Positions 19,952 through 29,300 of a stretch of DNA of 64,000 bases are shown here, in pieces. Source of the stretch: Candidatus Niyogibacteria bacterium CG10_big_fil_rev_8_21_14_0_10_46_36. GTDB lineage: Bacteria > Patescibacteriota > Minisyncoccia > 1-14-0-10-42-19. The notes beneath the pieces are model-generated. The model was given only the letters and a program-made list of their open reading frames with translations, did no database searches and was not told where the DNA came from. Both the position numbers and the translations under genes were made by a program. The stretch lies in contig PFCO01000001.1 of the NCBI GenBank assembly GCA_002772995.1, forward strand, positions 244-64,243, read 5' to 3'. The first letter of the stretch is position 1. Every line of letters begins with the position of its first letter.

Positions 19952-21049
19952 ATGAAAACATATTCATGGGATAAACCGCTTTTCTTTATTTCGCTCGCGC
20001 TTCTTGTTATCGGAGTGTTTGTTTTTGCGTCAGCGGCAATCGGCCTCATCGGAGGGAACGCGGAATCTCCCATATCGCTTTTCTTCCGCCAGATACTGCT
20101 AGGCGTCGGTGCGGGAAGCATTCTTTTTTTAGTAAGTCTTTTTATTCCTTTCACCTTTTGGCAGAAAACATCTGCTGTTTTTCTTGCCCTTGCGTTCGTA
20201 CTCTTAGCGTTGGTGTTCGTCCCCGGAATAGGGATTATTGCCGGAGGAGCGGCGCGCTGGATAGATGTAGGGCCAATATCGCTTCAGCCTGCCGAACCGT
20301 TCAAATTCGCGTTTATGATGTATCTCGCTGCATGGCTTACGTCGCACAAAAAAGACATCCCAACATTCCGTTCCGGCCTGATTCCGTTCCTCATTATGGC
20401 AGGCATCGTGAGTGTATTTTTTGTCTTGCAACCCGATGTAGGGACGCTATTTGTTATTTTAGGAGCGGCAACTCTTCTCTTCTTTGTGGGAGGAGGGAGA
20501 CTTAAACATATTGCTCTTATGGGTGGCTTAGGCGCTCTGCTTCTTGCGGCTCTTGTCGCTGCTGAACCATATCGCCTTGAGCGCATACAAGTATTCTTAA
20601 ACCCGCAAGAAGACCTGGATGATTCGGGATACCAGCTCCACCAAGCCCTTATCGCTATGGGCTCCGGGGATATATTCGGACGGGGATTCGGACAAAGCGT
20701 ACAAAAATTCCATTACTTGCCCGAGCCGGTGGGGGATGCGGTTTTTGCGGTTGTCGGGGAAGAGTTCGGGTTTATCGGCAGCGTATCGCTCATTGTGTTG
20801 TTCCTGCTTTTTTTATGGAGAAGCGTTTATATTCTTGCGCGGGTGCCTGACCAATTTGCTCGACTGTTTGGCGCGGGAATTGTTATAATGATAGTATTCC
20901 AGTCATTTATCAATATTGCAGCAATAATCGGTATCGTCCCCATGACCGGTATTCCTTTGGTGTTTATCAGCCAAGGGGGGTCATCGCTTGCAATTACTCT
21001 TGCCGGTATTGGCATCCTGCTGCATATCTCAAAATACGCACGAGCATAA
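19952..21049 (+). CDS. SEDS-family peptidoglycan glycosyltransferase (FtsW/RodA)
   Basis: 10 TM helices, conserved SEDS loop (QPAEPFKFAFMMYLAAWL, GYQLHQALIAMGSGDIFGRG, PEPVGDAVFAVVGEEFGFIG); between mreBCD and murG so RodA vs FtsW unresolved. Confidence 0.85.
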   Translation: MKTYSWDKPLFFISLALLVIGVFVFASAAIGLIGGNAESPISLFFRQILLGVGAGSILFLVSLFIPFTFWQKTSAVFLALAFVLLALVFVPGIGIIAGGAARWIDVGPISLQPAEPFKFAFMMYLAAWLTSHKKDIPTFRSGLIPFLIMAGIVSVFFVLQPDVGTLFVILGAATLLFFVGGGRLKHIALMGGLGALLLAALVAAEPYRLERIQVFLNPQEDLDDSGYQLHQALIAMGSGDIFGRGFGQSVQKFHYLPEPVGDAVFAVVGEEFGFIGSVSLIVLFLLFLWRSVYILARVPDQFARLFGAGIVIMIVFQSFINIAAIIGIVPMTGIPLVFISQGGSSLAITLAGIGILLHISKYARA

Positions 21050-21082
21050 TCATTTAATCCTCACCATAATCGCGCGCATCCT

Positions 21083-22210
21083 ATGAAAATACTTTACGCC
21101 GGAGGCGGTACAGGCGGACACTTTTACCCCATCATCGCCGTCAACCGCGCCATCCGGAAAATAGCTGAAGAAAATCAGATTTTAGAAATAAAAACGTCAT
21201 TTCTTTCGACATCTCCGTACGACAAAGATTTGCTTCGCCAAGAAGAAATACAATTTACTTGGATCCCCGCGGGAAAGATGCGACGGTATTTTTCTTTGCT
21301 TAATTTTTTTGATTATTTCAAAATGGGGCTTGGCATTATCAAAGCAATACTCAACATATTCATAGATTTGCCGGATGTGATTTTCGCAAAAGGGGGCTAT
21401 GCAAGTTTTCCTGCGCTCGTTGCCGGACGATTTTTTAAGATTCCTACTATTATCCACGAATCCGACTCCATTCCCGGACGCGTAAGCGTATGGGCGGCAT
21501 CCTTCGCAAAACGGATAGCTATTTCATTCCCTGAAAGCGTGCATTATTTCCCAAAAGAAAAAGTGGCGCTTACCGGACAGCCCATATGGCCGGTTGTCCT
21601 TGGCGGTAACGCGGAAAGCGCGTATGCGACATTCGGACTCCAAAAGGGATTGCCAACACTTCTTGTCATGGGCGGCTCGCAGGGCGCACTAAAAATAAAC
21701 GAAGCCGTTCTTTCCATGCTCCCATTCGCGTTACGCAATTTTCAAATAATCCACCAAACAGGAAGTGCTCATATCAAAGAGGTTACTGACCGCGCCGGCA
21801 TTATTCTTGAAAAAGAGAATTTCAAGGCACGCTATCATCCGGTGGCATATCTTAATGAGGCGCAACTCCGGGATGTATCACAAATAGTCGATGTTGCTGT
21901 ATCACGCGCAGGTGCAGGATCCATTTTTATGCTTGCGTCGTGGGAAACGCCCACAATTTTTATTCCGTTGCCGCACGCAGCACAAGACCATCAGCGTGAA
22001 AATGCGTACGCATACGCGCATTCGGGCGGCGGAACCGTTATGGAAGAAAACAATCTTACGCCGCATTTACTTTTTGAAGAGATTAACCGCCTCATATCTG
22101 ACACAGAGCTCCGGAAGCGCATGAAGGCGGGTGGGCGGAATTTCGCAAAAAAAGATGCAGCCGAACAAATCGCAAAAGAAATTATCAATCTCGCGCTTGA
22201 GCACAGCTGA
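21083..22210 (+). CDS. murG: Lipid II synthase MurG (UDP-GlcNAc:MurNAc-pentapeptide GlcNAc transferase)
   Basis: N-terminal GGTGGHFYP motif, GT28 C-terminal domain. Confidence 0.9.
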   Translation: MKILYAGGGTGGHFYPIIAVNRAIRKIAEENQILEIKTSFLSTSPYDKDLLRQEEIQFTWIPAGKMRRYFSLLNFFDYFKMGLGIIKAILNIFIDLPDVIFAKGGYASFPALVAGRFFKIPTIIHESDSIPGRVSVWAASFAKRIAISFPESVHYFPKEKVALTGQPIWPVVLGGNAESAYATFGLQKGLPTLLVMGGSQGALKINEAVLSMLPFALRNFQIIHQTGSAHIKEVTDRAGIILEKENFKARYHPVAYLNEAQLRDVSQIVDVAVSRAGAGSIFMLASWETPTIFIPLPHAAQDHQRENAYAYAHSGGGTVMEENNLTPHLLFEEINRLISDTELRKRMKAGGRNFAKKDAAEQIAKEIINLALEHS

Positions 22211-22211
22211 T

Positions 22212-23630
22212 ATGAGTGTACGGGTCCGCATAGCACCAAGCCCCACGGGGCCGCTTCACATCGGTACTGCACGTACGGCGCTTTTTAACTATTTATTTGC
22301 AAAGAATCAAAAAGGGACGTTCGTACTCCGTATTGAAGATACCGACAAGGAACGATCGGAAAAACGCTTTGAAACAGATATCAAAGAGGCGCTTGCCTGG
22401 CTTGGAATATCCTGGGACGAAGAGGCCCTCCAATCGGATCGGCTAACATCACACACCAAGTATTTGGAGCGTTTGCTTTCCGAGCATAAGATATTCTGGT
22501 GTCCGCATACCGAAGAGGAGCTTTCCGTAGAGCGCGAAAAACAAATGCAGGACAAACAGGCTCCGCGCCATGTCTGCGAATTCAGAAATGGCGAGAAAAA
22601 TGCAGACGGAAACGGCATACTTCGTTTTAAGAATGATGCAGATACTGAGCTTACATTTGAAGATATCGTGCGCGGAACGATAACATTTATGCCCGCGCTC
22701 CTGGGAGACTTTTCAATAGCAAAAAAACTTGATGAACCGCTGTATAATTTTGCAGCAGTCGTAGATGATGCAGAAATGAACATAACCCATGTCATCCGCG
22801 GAGAAGACCATATCCCAAATACGCCGAAACAAATTCTCATACAGGAAGCCCTTGGTTTTGTCCGGCCCGCATACGCGCATCTTCCGCTTATCCTTGGGCA
22901 AGATAAATCAAAACTTTCAAAACGGCACGGTGCTACAGCCGTTACGCAGTACAAAAAAGAGGGGTACCTTGCCCCCGCTCTTGTTAATTTTTTAGCGCTT
23001 CTCGGCTGGCGTCCTGAGCAAACGAGACAGGGGAGTAATGAAGACATATTCAGCACAGACGAACTTATTGCGCTCTTTTCCCTCACGGATGTGCAAAAAG
23101 GGGGTGCCGTGTTTGATATTGAAAAACTTAAATGGATAAACGGGATGTATATCCGTGTCACAGATCCAGGGGACCTTTCGCAATTATTATTCCCGTACCT
23201 CAAACAAACTTGGCAAAATATCGCAATTGCCCGTCCTGAGTGGTGGCAAAGCATATCCGCCCTTGAACAAACCCGTCTGGCTACCCTTGAAGAAATAACC
23301 GAACGTGTCGACTATTTTTTTGAAGACCCGATAGCGCGTAAAGAGCTTCTTCTTGAAAAAGGGGGCACTGCGGACGAAACAAGAAATCGTCTGCAAACTG
23401 TTCTTAACGCACTTCAAAATATCCCAAAAGAATCATTCACTCATACCGCCGTTCACAACGCTGTTTTCCCGTATGCCGAAGCTGAGGGGAAAAAGTTTGT
23501 ACTATGGCCATTCCGCGTTGCGCTCACCGGTAAAAGCGCCTCGGCCGGATTATTTGAAGTTGCAGAAATACTTGGGAAAGAACAAACCGAAAAACGCCTG
23601 AAAAACGCTATTGAAACATTGACAGCGTAA
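22212..23630 (+). CDS. gltX: Glutamyl-tRNA synthetase
   Basis: HIGH (PLHIGTARTALFNY), KLSKRHG (KMSKS), class I catalytic core; ATG at 22212 immediately after murG stop. Confidence 0.9.
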   Translation: MSVRVRIAPSPTGPLHIGTARTALFNYLFAKNQKGTFVLRIEDTDKERSEKRFETDIKEALAWLGISWDEEALQSDRLTSHTKYLERLLSEHKIFWCPHTEEELSVEREKQMQDKQAPRHVCEFRNGEKNADGNGILRFKNDADTELTFEDIVRGTITFMPALLGDFSIAKKLDEPLYNFAAVVDDAEMNITHVIRGEDHIPNTPKQILIQEALGFVRPAYAHLPLILGQDKSKLSKRHGATAVTQYKKEGYLAPALVNFLALLGWRPEQTRQGSNEDIFSTDELIALFSLTDVQKGGAVFDIEKLKWINGMYIRVTDPGDLSQLLFPYLKQTWQNIAIARPEWWQSISALEQTRLATLEEITERVDYFFEDPIARKELLLEKGGTADETRNRLQTVLNALQNIPKESFTHTAVHNAVFPYAEAEGKKFVLWPFRVALTGKSASAGLFEVAEILGKEQTEKRLKNAIETLTA

Positions 23631-23637
23631 TATTTTT

Positions 23638-24996
23638 ATGAGAAAACCGTATACGCATTGGGTCATCCGTTTTTGTGTAGGAGTATCGGCAATACTTCTT
23701 TTTTTGCCGTCCGCAATACCAAGCCGCGCGGCAAATGTAGATGAACTGCGAAGCCAACTCCAAGCAAAAGAAAACGCAATTGCAGAACTTGAGGCGGAAA
23801 TACGGCAGTACCAAAAAGATATAGAGGAAACGGGGAAAGAGGCAGATTCTTTCCAGGCAGAAGTAAACCGTCTTACTACGACTATTAAAAAATTACAGGC
23901 GGACATTACCGTTACCAGACGTAAGATAGAATTTACCGGCATTCTTATTGAGGAACTTGATCTCGGTATACAAGAAAAAGAAGAAAAGATACAAAAAGAC
24001 AGAAGACTCCTCGGGGAATTTATCCGCGAATTGAACGATACGTCATCGCAAAGCATGGTTGAAATACTGCTTGCAAACGCAACGCTCTCTGATTTTTTTG
24101 ATTCGCTCCATTATGTAGAGACTCTGCAAAATGTAACCCAGCAACAGTTAGATGAACTCCGCACCATTAAACGCGAACAAGAAGAGGAAAAAGCAGAGCG
24201 GGAAAAGGAAAAAGCAACGCTTAATTCTCTTGCGGGCGAACTACAAGACCGGACCGCTATAGAAAAAAGTGCGCGCGATGACAAGGCGTATCTATTGGAT
24301 ATTACCCGGCAAAAAGAAAGCGAATACCAAAAATTACTGGATGAGCGGCTTGCGAAAAAAGAAGCGCTCGAGCAAGAGATACGAGGCATTGAAGACCAGA
24401 TCCGGGTCGCCATTGATCCAAATTCGCTCCCGCAATCAGGGACCGGTGTTCTTGGTTGGCCATTAGAATATGTCTCTCTGTTGAGCTGCTTTCGCGGCGG
24501 AAATGGCTCTAAAAATTGCATAACACAATTTTTTGGAAACACTGACTTTGCTACCCAAAACCCGCAAGTGTATAACGGCAAGGGACATAACGGCACAGAC
24601 TTTCGTGCTACCACCGGGACGCCTCTGTATGCAGCCGAATCCGGAATAGTGCGCGATGTGGGGGATACCGATCAACAATGCCGCGGAGTGTCGTATGGCA
24701 AATGGGTACTTATTGACCATAACAACGGGTTATCAACCCTATACGCGCACCTATCACAAATATCGATTGCTTCAGGGCAAACGGTTGTCCGCGGACAACG
24801 CATCGGGTACAGCGGCAACACCGGCTATTCTACCGGACCCCATTTGCATTTTACCGTGTTTGCAACGCAGGCGGTTCAAGTTACTTCGCTTAATCCGAAC
24901 GATACATATTACTACAAAAGCAAAATATGCGGAACGCCTCTGCATTTGCCAATATCACCCCAAAACGGCTATCTAAACCCCTTGAGTTACCTCTAG
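23638..24996 (+). CDS. Secreted M23-family metalloendopeptidase with long N-terminal coiled coil (EnvC-like)
   Basis: Signal peptide, about 230 aa coiled coil, C-terminal LytM/M23 motifs (HNGTDF, GYSGNTGYSTGPHLHF). Confidence 0.8.
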   Translation: MRKPYTHWVIRFCVGVSAILLFLPSAIPSRAANVDELRSQLQAKENAIAELEAEIRQYQKDIEETGKEADSFQAEVNRLTTTIKKLQADITVTRRKIEFTGILIEELDLGIQEKEEKIQKDRRLLGEFIRELNDTSSQSMVEILLANATLSDFFDSLHYVETLQNVTQQQLDELRTIKREQEEEKAEREKEKATLNSLAGELQDRTAIEKSARDDKAYLLDITRQKESEYQKLLDERLAKKEALEQEIRGIEDQIRVAIDPNSLPQSGTGVLGWPLEYVSLLSCFRGGNGSKNCITQFFGNTDFATQNPQVYNGKGHNGTDFRATTGTPLYAAESGIVRDVGDTDQQCRGVSYGKWVLIDHNNGLSTLYAHLSQISIASGQTVVRGQRIGYSGNTGYSTGPHLHFTVFATQAVQVTSLNPNDTYYYKSKICGTPLHLPISPQNGYLNPLSYL

Positions 24997-25110
24997 GGGG
25001 GGTTATAACCAGCTAACGCCCAAAACACACCACCAACCCCCCCCCGTATTGGTTGTTTATTGATAAGAGCTCGCTCCCATTAGCTCCACGAGTTTACAGG
25101 ACTATATCTT

Positions 25111-25395
25111 GTGGGGTATAATAAAGATATGGAGAAGGGTATTATCCAAATTCTTATTATATTCATACTCTTCGTTGTTGTATTGAGCCTTCTTGGTGTG
25201 TCGCTCTCATCTCTCACCCAAAACGAAACGCTCCGCAACAATTTTTCTTTTGTTTGGCATTGGTCCAGTTTTATCTGGGAGAATTATCTTAAAGCACCTA
25301 CAACCGCCGTGTGGAACTTCTTCGTAGAGTTTATATTCACGCCGATAAAGGAACAGATAAAAGAACACCCGGTCACCGAACCTTCCCAGTCATAA
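25111..25395 (+). CDS. Small hypothetical membrane protein (94 aa)
   Basis: One strong TM helix (IIQILIIFILFVVVLSLLGV); no family motif. Confidence 0.35.
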   Translation: MGYNKDMEKGIIQILIIFILFVVVLSLLGVSLSSLTQNETLRNNFSFVWHWSSFIWENYLKAPTTAVWNFFVEFIFTPIKEQIKEHPVTEPSQS

Positions 25396-25418
25396 GTAAA
25401 TACTCGCCATTCTGATAA

Positions 25419-25447
25419 TTGACAAATAGCATATTTTATGCTACTAT
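25419..25447 (+). promoter_or_regulatory. Near-consensus sigma70-type promoter TTGACA-N17-TACTAT
   Basis: Read directly: ttgaca(25419-25424), 17-bp spacer, tactat(25442-25447). Confidence 0.5.
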
Positions 25448-25491
25448 TTTTCTATTCCAGAACATTAAAAAGAGGGGAAAGGAGAAGACGT

Positions 25492-25623
25492 ATGAACGCT
25501 ATAGCTGGTTTTTTTCTTTTAATGATTGCTGCTCCAAAGAACCGATCCAAGATACTCTCTGCGGGTGTACGGATAAGCTGTACAGAACACTGCAAACCGA
25601 AATGCCTAATATCGCAAACGTGA
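25492..25623 (+). CDS. Candidate 43-aa peptide (hydrophobic N-terminus, three Cys: CTEHCKPKC) in a compact promoter-to-terminator unit
   Basis: GGAGAAG RBS 7 nt upstream of ATG; promoter upstream; perfect terminator downstream. Confidence 0.35.
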   Translation: MNAIAGFFLLMIAAPKNRSKILSAGVRISCTEHCKPKCLISQT

Positions 25624-25719
25624 TATTTCCACAGGTTGGAAGAGCTCTCAAGAAAAATAAACAATGACAACCACTGAACAAACCGATATGAATCTTGTTA
25701 AGGACGGCACGCCATTAAA

Positions 25720-25755
25720 CAGATCAGATACAATGTATCTGATCTGTTTTTTATT
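25720..25755 (+). terminator. Rho-independent terminator (11-bp perfect stem cagatcagata/tatctgatctg, loop caatg, T6ATT)
   Basis: Read directly. Confidence 0.65.
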
Positions 25756-26074
25756 CCAATTTGATACGAGGGAAGCGGTCTCATCATAGGCCTCACACTA
25801 TATATGTCGCAAAAGGTATATTGTGCGACATTGTATATCTCTAGAACCGCCATTTCCCCTAACGGAGACGGGCATTTATAATGGATATTATATGGTGCCT
25901 CAAATATTTAAATGGATAGTGATTCTTGTGCTTGTGTATGCGGCGGTGTATACATCTATGTGTTTTTCTTTACCGCGCATCTTTGATGTAGATTTTCAAT
26001 TGTGGGGCTTTATACCCGGAACTGACCCCATGCTCTGTAAGACGCCTCAGCCTCCGGTATCACCATAAAAGCCT

Positions 26075-27262
26075 ATGCGTATCTCCTATTCAGCACTGGA
26101 ATTATTTGAACGCTGCCCGCATGTATTTAAATGCGTTGTGCTTGATAAAGTACGCCTCCCAAAAACTAAGGAGGCATTTTTGGGTACTACGGTGCACGAG
26201 GCTCTTAATTTTTTATTCACAAAAAACCCCCTCTTCCCTACTGTAGACGAGGTTGTTAGCTTTTTTAATAAAAAGTGGGAAGAACGCATAGAAAAAATAT
26301 CATTCAAAGACGATTACGAAAAAAGTGCGCTTCATAAGAACGGCACAGACATGCTCACGCGTTTTTACAAAAAACATCCTGCATGGAACTTTACGACCCT
26401 TGGTCTCGAAACCCGGTTTGAGGCTCCCCTTCAGGATCCTGAAACCGGCGAGACGCATACGCTTTCGGGCATCATCGACCGCGTAGACAAAATAGATGAC
26501 AATACATACGAAATAATTGACTACAAAACCGCGCGCAGAATGCCCGCGCAAGACCACGCCGATAAAAACTTGCAGCTTGCGATATATCACCTGGGAGTGC
26601 TTTCCCGCTGGCCGCACCTTGCGGGTAAAAAAATAAAACTCACATTGCAATACCTCCAGCACGGCGAGCATCTTACAACCGCGCGTACCGCCGAGGAACT
26701 CAAGGCAACCAAGCAAAAAATACTAGCAACAATACGCGAGATACAAGACCGCCAAAAACGCGACGATTTTCCTGCGCAGTCCTCTCCTCTCTGCGCTATG
26801 CACCCATACAATAAAATATGCCCCATGTGGAGCTATTTGTACGCAAAAAAAGACACACCCCACAATCTGGACGATACTGCCGCCCAGAACACACTCAAAG
26901 AGTACATCGCCCTAAAGACCGCGGCCCAAGAGACCACCGCCCGCATCAAAGAGCTTCAAGCGGTTCTTTTGGGATACATGAGAGATAAAAAATTTGAACG
27001 CTTATTCACCGATGAGGGCTATGTTACGCGCACTATCCGCGAACAAGATATTTACGATATTGAGAAAGCGCGTCCTGCGCTTGAAGCAATTAACAAATGG
27101 GGGGAGGTGCTTGCTGCGGACCACAAGAAACTCGAGAAATTAATACCCCTACTCCCCTCCCAAACAAAAAAACGCCTCACAGACGAAGCGCTTTTGCGTA
27201 AACGCACAACGGAATCTCTTTTGATGCGAAAGAAAAAAATTATGCCCGAAGACCTTGAATAA
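26075..27262 (+). CDS. PD-(D/E)XK nuclease, Cas4/AddB-like with four-Cys Fe-S signature, plus about 150-aa C-terminal coiled-coil extension
   Basis: N-terminal CPHVFKC, catalytic core GIIDRVDKIDDNTYEIIDYKT...QLAIY, C-terminal Cys pair CAMHPYNKIC; no CRISPR array or other cas genes nearby. Confidence 0.7.
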   Translation: MRISYSALELFERCPHVFKCVVLDKVRLPKTKEAFLGTTVHEALNFLFTKNPLFPTVDEVVSFFNKKWEERIEKISFKDDYEKSALHKNGTDMLTRFYKKHPAWNFTTLGLETRFEAPLQDPETGETHTLSGIIDRVDKIDDNTYEIIDYKTARRMPAQDHADKNLQLAIYHLGVLSRWPHLAGKKIKLTLQYLQHGEHLTTARTAEELKATKQKILATIREIQDRQKRDDFPAQSSPLCAMHPYNKICPMWSYLYAKKDTPHNLDDTAAQNTLKEYIALKTAAQETTARIKELQAVLLGYMRDKKFERLFTDEGYVTRTIREQDIYDIEKARPALEAINKWGEVLAADHKKLEKLIPLLPSQTKKRLTDEALLRKRTTESLLMRKKKIMPEDLE

Positions 27263-27314
27263 GTCGTATCCTCCTGATATTCTTTCCATAAACGAACATT
27301 ACCAAGGAAAACCT

Positions 27315-27965
27315 ATGAGCGTGCATGCAGTCATATTTGATATGGACGGCGTTATTTCAGACACTCAAAGTGTCTGTGCGGCAATAGAATCAGACATGTT
27401 GCAAGAACACGGGATTCATATCTCCCCCAGCGAGCTTACGGAACAATACGCAGGCACTATGAGTTACGACATGTTCCCTGCCGTATTCAAACAATTCAAT
27501 AAAACAATGCCGGACATCAAACCGCTTGCGGAAGAACGGTGGAAAAGAATATTCAAAGCAGTTCAGGGAAATATCAAAGCAATTCCCGGCACGATTGCAT
27601 GCATTAAACATCTCAAAAAAGATGCTACGCCCATTGCTGTTGCGAGCGCTTCACGTATGGATTTTATCGCACTCGTACTTACAGAATTATGCATCTTGTC
27701 TGACTTTGACGCAATTGCAAGCGCTCAAGAGGTCCCAAACGGGAAGCCGGAACCGGATGTGTTTTTGCTTGCCGCAAAACGTCTTGGGATACATCCCAGA
27801 TATTGCATTGTAATAGAAGATGGCATACAAGGCATGATCGCGGCAAAAAAAGCAGGCATGAGATGTATCGGTCTTGTGCAGAGTGATATTTTAGATAAGA
27901 ATAAATACCCCGCAGACATTCTGGTGAGAAGTTTGGCACATATTGATTTAAAAAACATAAAATAA
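27315..27965 (+). CDS. HAD-superfamily hydrolase, beta-phosphoglucomutase-like subfamily
   Basis: Motif I FDMDGV, motif III/IV (K...GxDxxD-like EDGIQGMIAAKKAGM); ATG at 27315. Confidence 0.8.
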   Translation: MSVHAVIFDMDGVISDTQSVCAAIESDMLQEHGIHISPSELTEQYAGTMSYDMFPAVFKQFNKTMPDIKPLAEERWKRIFKAVQGNIKAIPGTIACIKHLKKDATPIAVASASRMDFIALVLTELCILSDFDAIASAQEVPNGKPEPDVFLLAAKRLGIHPRYCIVIEDGIQGMIAAKKAGMRCIGLVQSDILDKNKYPADILVRSLAHIDLKNIK

Positions 27966-27997
27966 AAGCGTACCCGAAGATACGCTTTTTATTTTTT
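27966..27997 (+). terminator. Hairpin terminator after HAD hydrolase gene
   Basis: aagcgta-cccgaaga-tacgctt followed by T-rich run. Confidence 0.5.
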
Positions 27998-28058
27998 GTT
28001 ATGTCGAACCTCTTGTTACCTGACAAATTATAAGAATGCTGCTTGTGCCTGCTTTGTT

Positions 28059-28487
28059 TTACGTTTCTATTTTTCTCCCATCCCGCGGGAAGTACGGTTT
28101 TTTTTGAAACTGCTGCTGTTCTTGCTCCGAGTCTAATGTTTGTTTCATCATTTGGATGAGCTGCAAAGAAAAATGACGCAAACCATACGCAAGCGCACGA
28201 GACGCTTTTTGGAATAACTTATTATTTCTTACACCATAAAGGCCAAGTGTTTCTTCCGTTGCTTGCACCGATAGCTCTACGAGCGCCTCACCGATGCTTT
28301 TTACCTGGGCATTTTCTTTCTTTACTGTATACGCAATATCAAGCGTTTCTCCGGAGAAGACATGCTCATATCCCTCGCCTTTTTTATACGTTATTTTTTC
28401 TGTCCGCATACCCGCATAAAACCCGCTCGCAAAAAGAACCGCAACGAGCAATAGCACAAACAGTGAGTGCTTTTTCCTTATATTCAC
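28059..28487 (-). CDS. Hypothetical membrane-anchored protein (142 aa)
   Basis: N-terminal TM helix, no recognisable motif. Confidence 0.35.
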   Translation of the reverse strand: MNIRKKHSLFVLLLVAVLFASGFYAGMRTEKITYKKGEGYEHVFSGETLDIAYTVKKENAQVKSIGEALVELSVQATEETLGLYGVRNNKLFQKASRALAYGLRHFSLQLIQMMKQTLDSEQEQQQFQKKPYFPRDGRKIET

Positions 28488-28549
28488 CTCTCAAACACCT
28501 CCTTTAATTTGATTAAAATTATAATATATATTTTAAATACAGTCAATAT

Positions 28550-28990
28550 CTATATCCCCTCACAGTTCTTTGCCGCCCTATACCCCAAACTCTCCGCTTC
28601 TTCCTTTGATGAAAATAGGATTTTATTTTCTTCTGCTATACGGAGCGCTCCTGAGCATCCCGGTAAATGGTACACGCTTCCGTTCTTTGAGCCCACATAC
28701 ATGCCGTTTTCTACGCTCTCCCCCGCCGCGCTGCCTAAAATCCCCAACGAAGCGCCTTCCTCCTCAACACGAACTGAAAACGCGCTATGCTCGCCTAAAA
28801 TGACTGAAAAACGCCCCAATCCAAAGCCAATAACGGCTATAAGAAAAAAGCTCCCAGCAAGAAAAAGATCGCTTGCGTTGTCCCGTATCCATCCCTGCCC
28901 GCCGAAGCCTTGGCGAATGGGGGTCTTGATATCCTTATCATTTTCGGGTATCATAAGAACTATTCTAGTAAATAGCCTCACAATAAACAA
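28550..28990 (-). CDS. Membrane-anchored protein with C-terminal Ada-like zinc-binding domain
   Basis: C-terminus [12 protein letters not shown]...[21 protein letters not shown] resembles the Cys4 metal-binding N-domain of Ada (FCRPSC...FYANASEALAAGFRPCKRC); N-terminal TM helix. Confidence 0.4.
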   Translation of the reverse strand: MFIVRLFTRIVLMIPENDKDIKTPIRQGFGGQGWIRDNASDLFLAGSFFLIAVIGFGLGRFSVILGEHSAFSVRVEEEGASLGILGSAAGESVENGMYVGSKNGSVYHLPGCSGALRIAEENKILFSSKEEAESLGYRAAKNCEGI

Positions 28991-28992
28991 CT

Positions 28993-29265
28993 ATGGCACA
29001 TACCAAAGCCCAGGGTTCAACAAAGAACCTACGGGACTCAAAACCAAAATATTTAGGGATAAAATTATCTGACGGCGCGAAAGCGCAGGCAGGTTCTATT
29101 ATCGTTCGCCAGCGCGGAACAAGGTATACTCCGGGTAAAAATGTGGGCATCGGCAAAGACCACACGATATTCGCACTCAAAGACGGAACCGTGGCATTCA
29201 AAGAAAAAAGAAAGACTGGCTTTAACGGAAAAACAAAAAAAGTAAAAGTTGTCTCCGTCGCATAA
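28993..29265 (+). CDS. rpmA: 50S ribosomal protein L27
   Basis: [12 protein letters not shown]...RQRGT...PG.NVG.G.DHT.FA typical bL27. Confidence 0.9.
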   Translation: MAHTKAQGSTKNLRDSKPKYLGIKLSDGAKAQAGSIIVRQRGTRYTPGKNVGIGKDHTIFALKDGTVAFKEKRKTGFNGKTKKVKVVSVA

Positions 29266-29266
29266 T

Positions 29267-29300
29267 AAAATCCCTGGACTTGTCCAGGGATTTTATTTTT
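29267..29300. terminator. Bidirectional terminator between rpmA (+) and pyrG (-)
   Basis: Perfect 9-bp stem tccctggac/gtccaggga with A-run upstream and T-run downstream. Confidence 0.65.

Noticed and set aside
25419-25667. 82-aa ORF MTNSIFYATIF... starting inside the -35 element
   Set aside because: Its start codon lies within the promoter hexamer and it has no RBS. The in-unit 43-aa ORF with an RBS is preferred.
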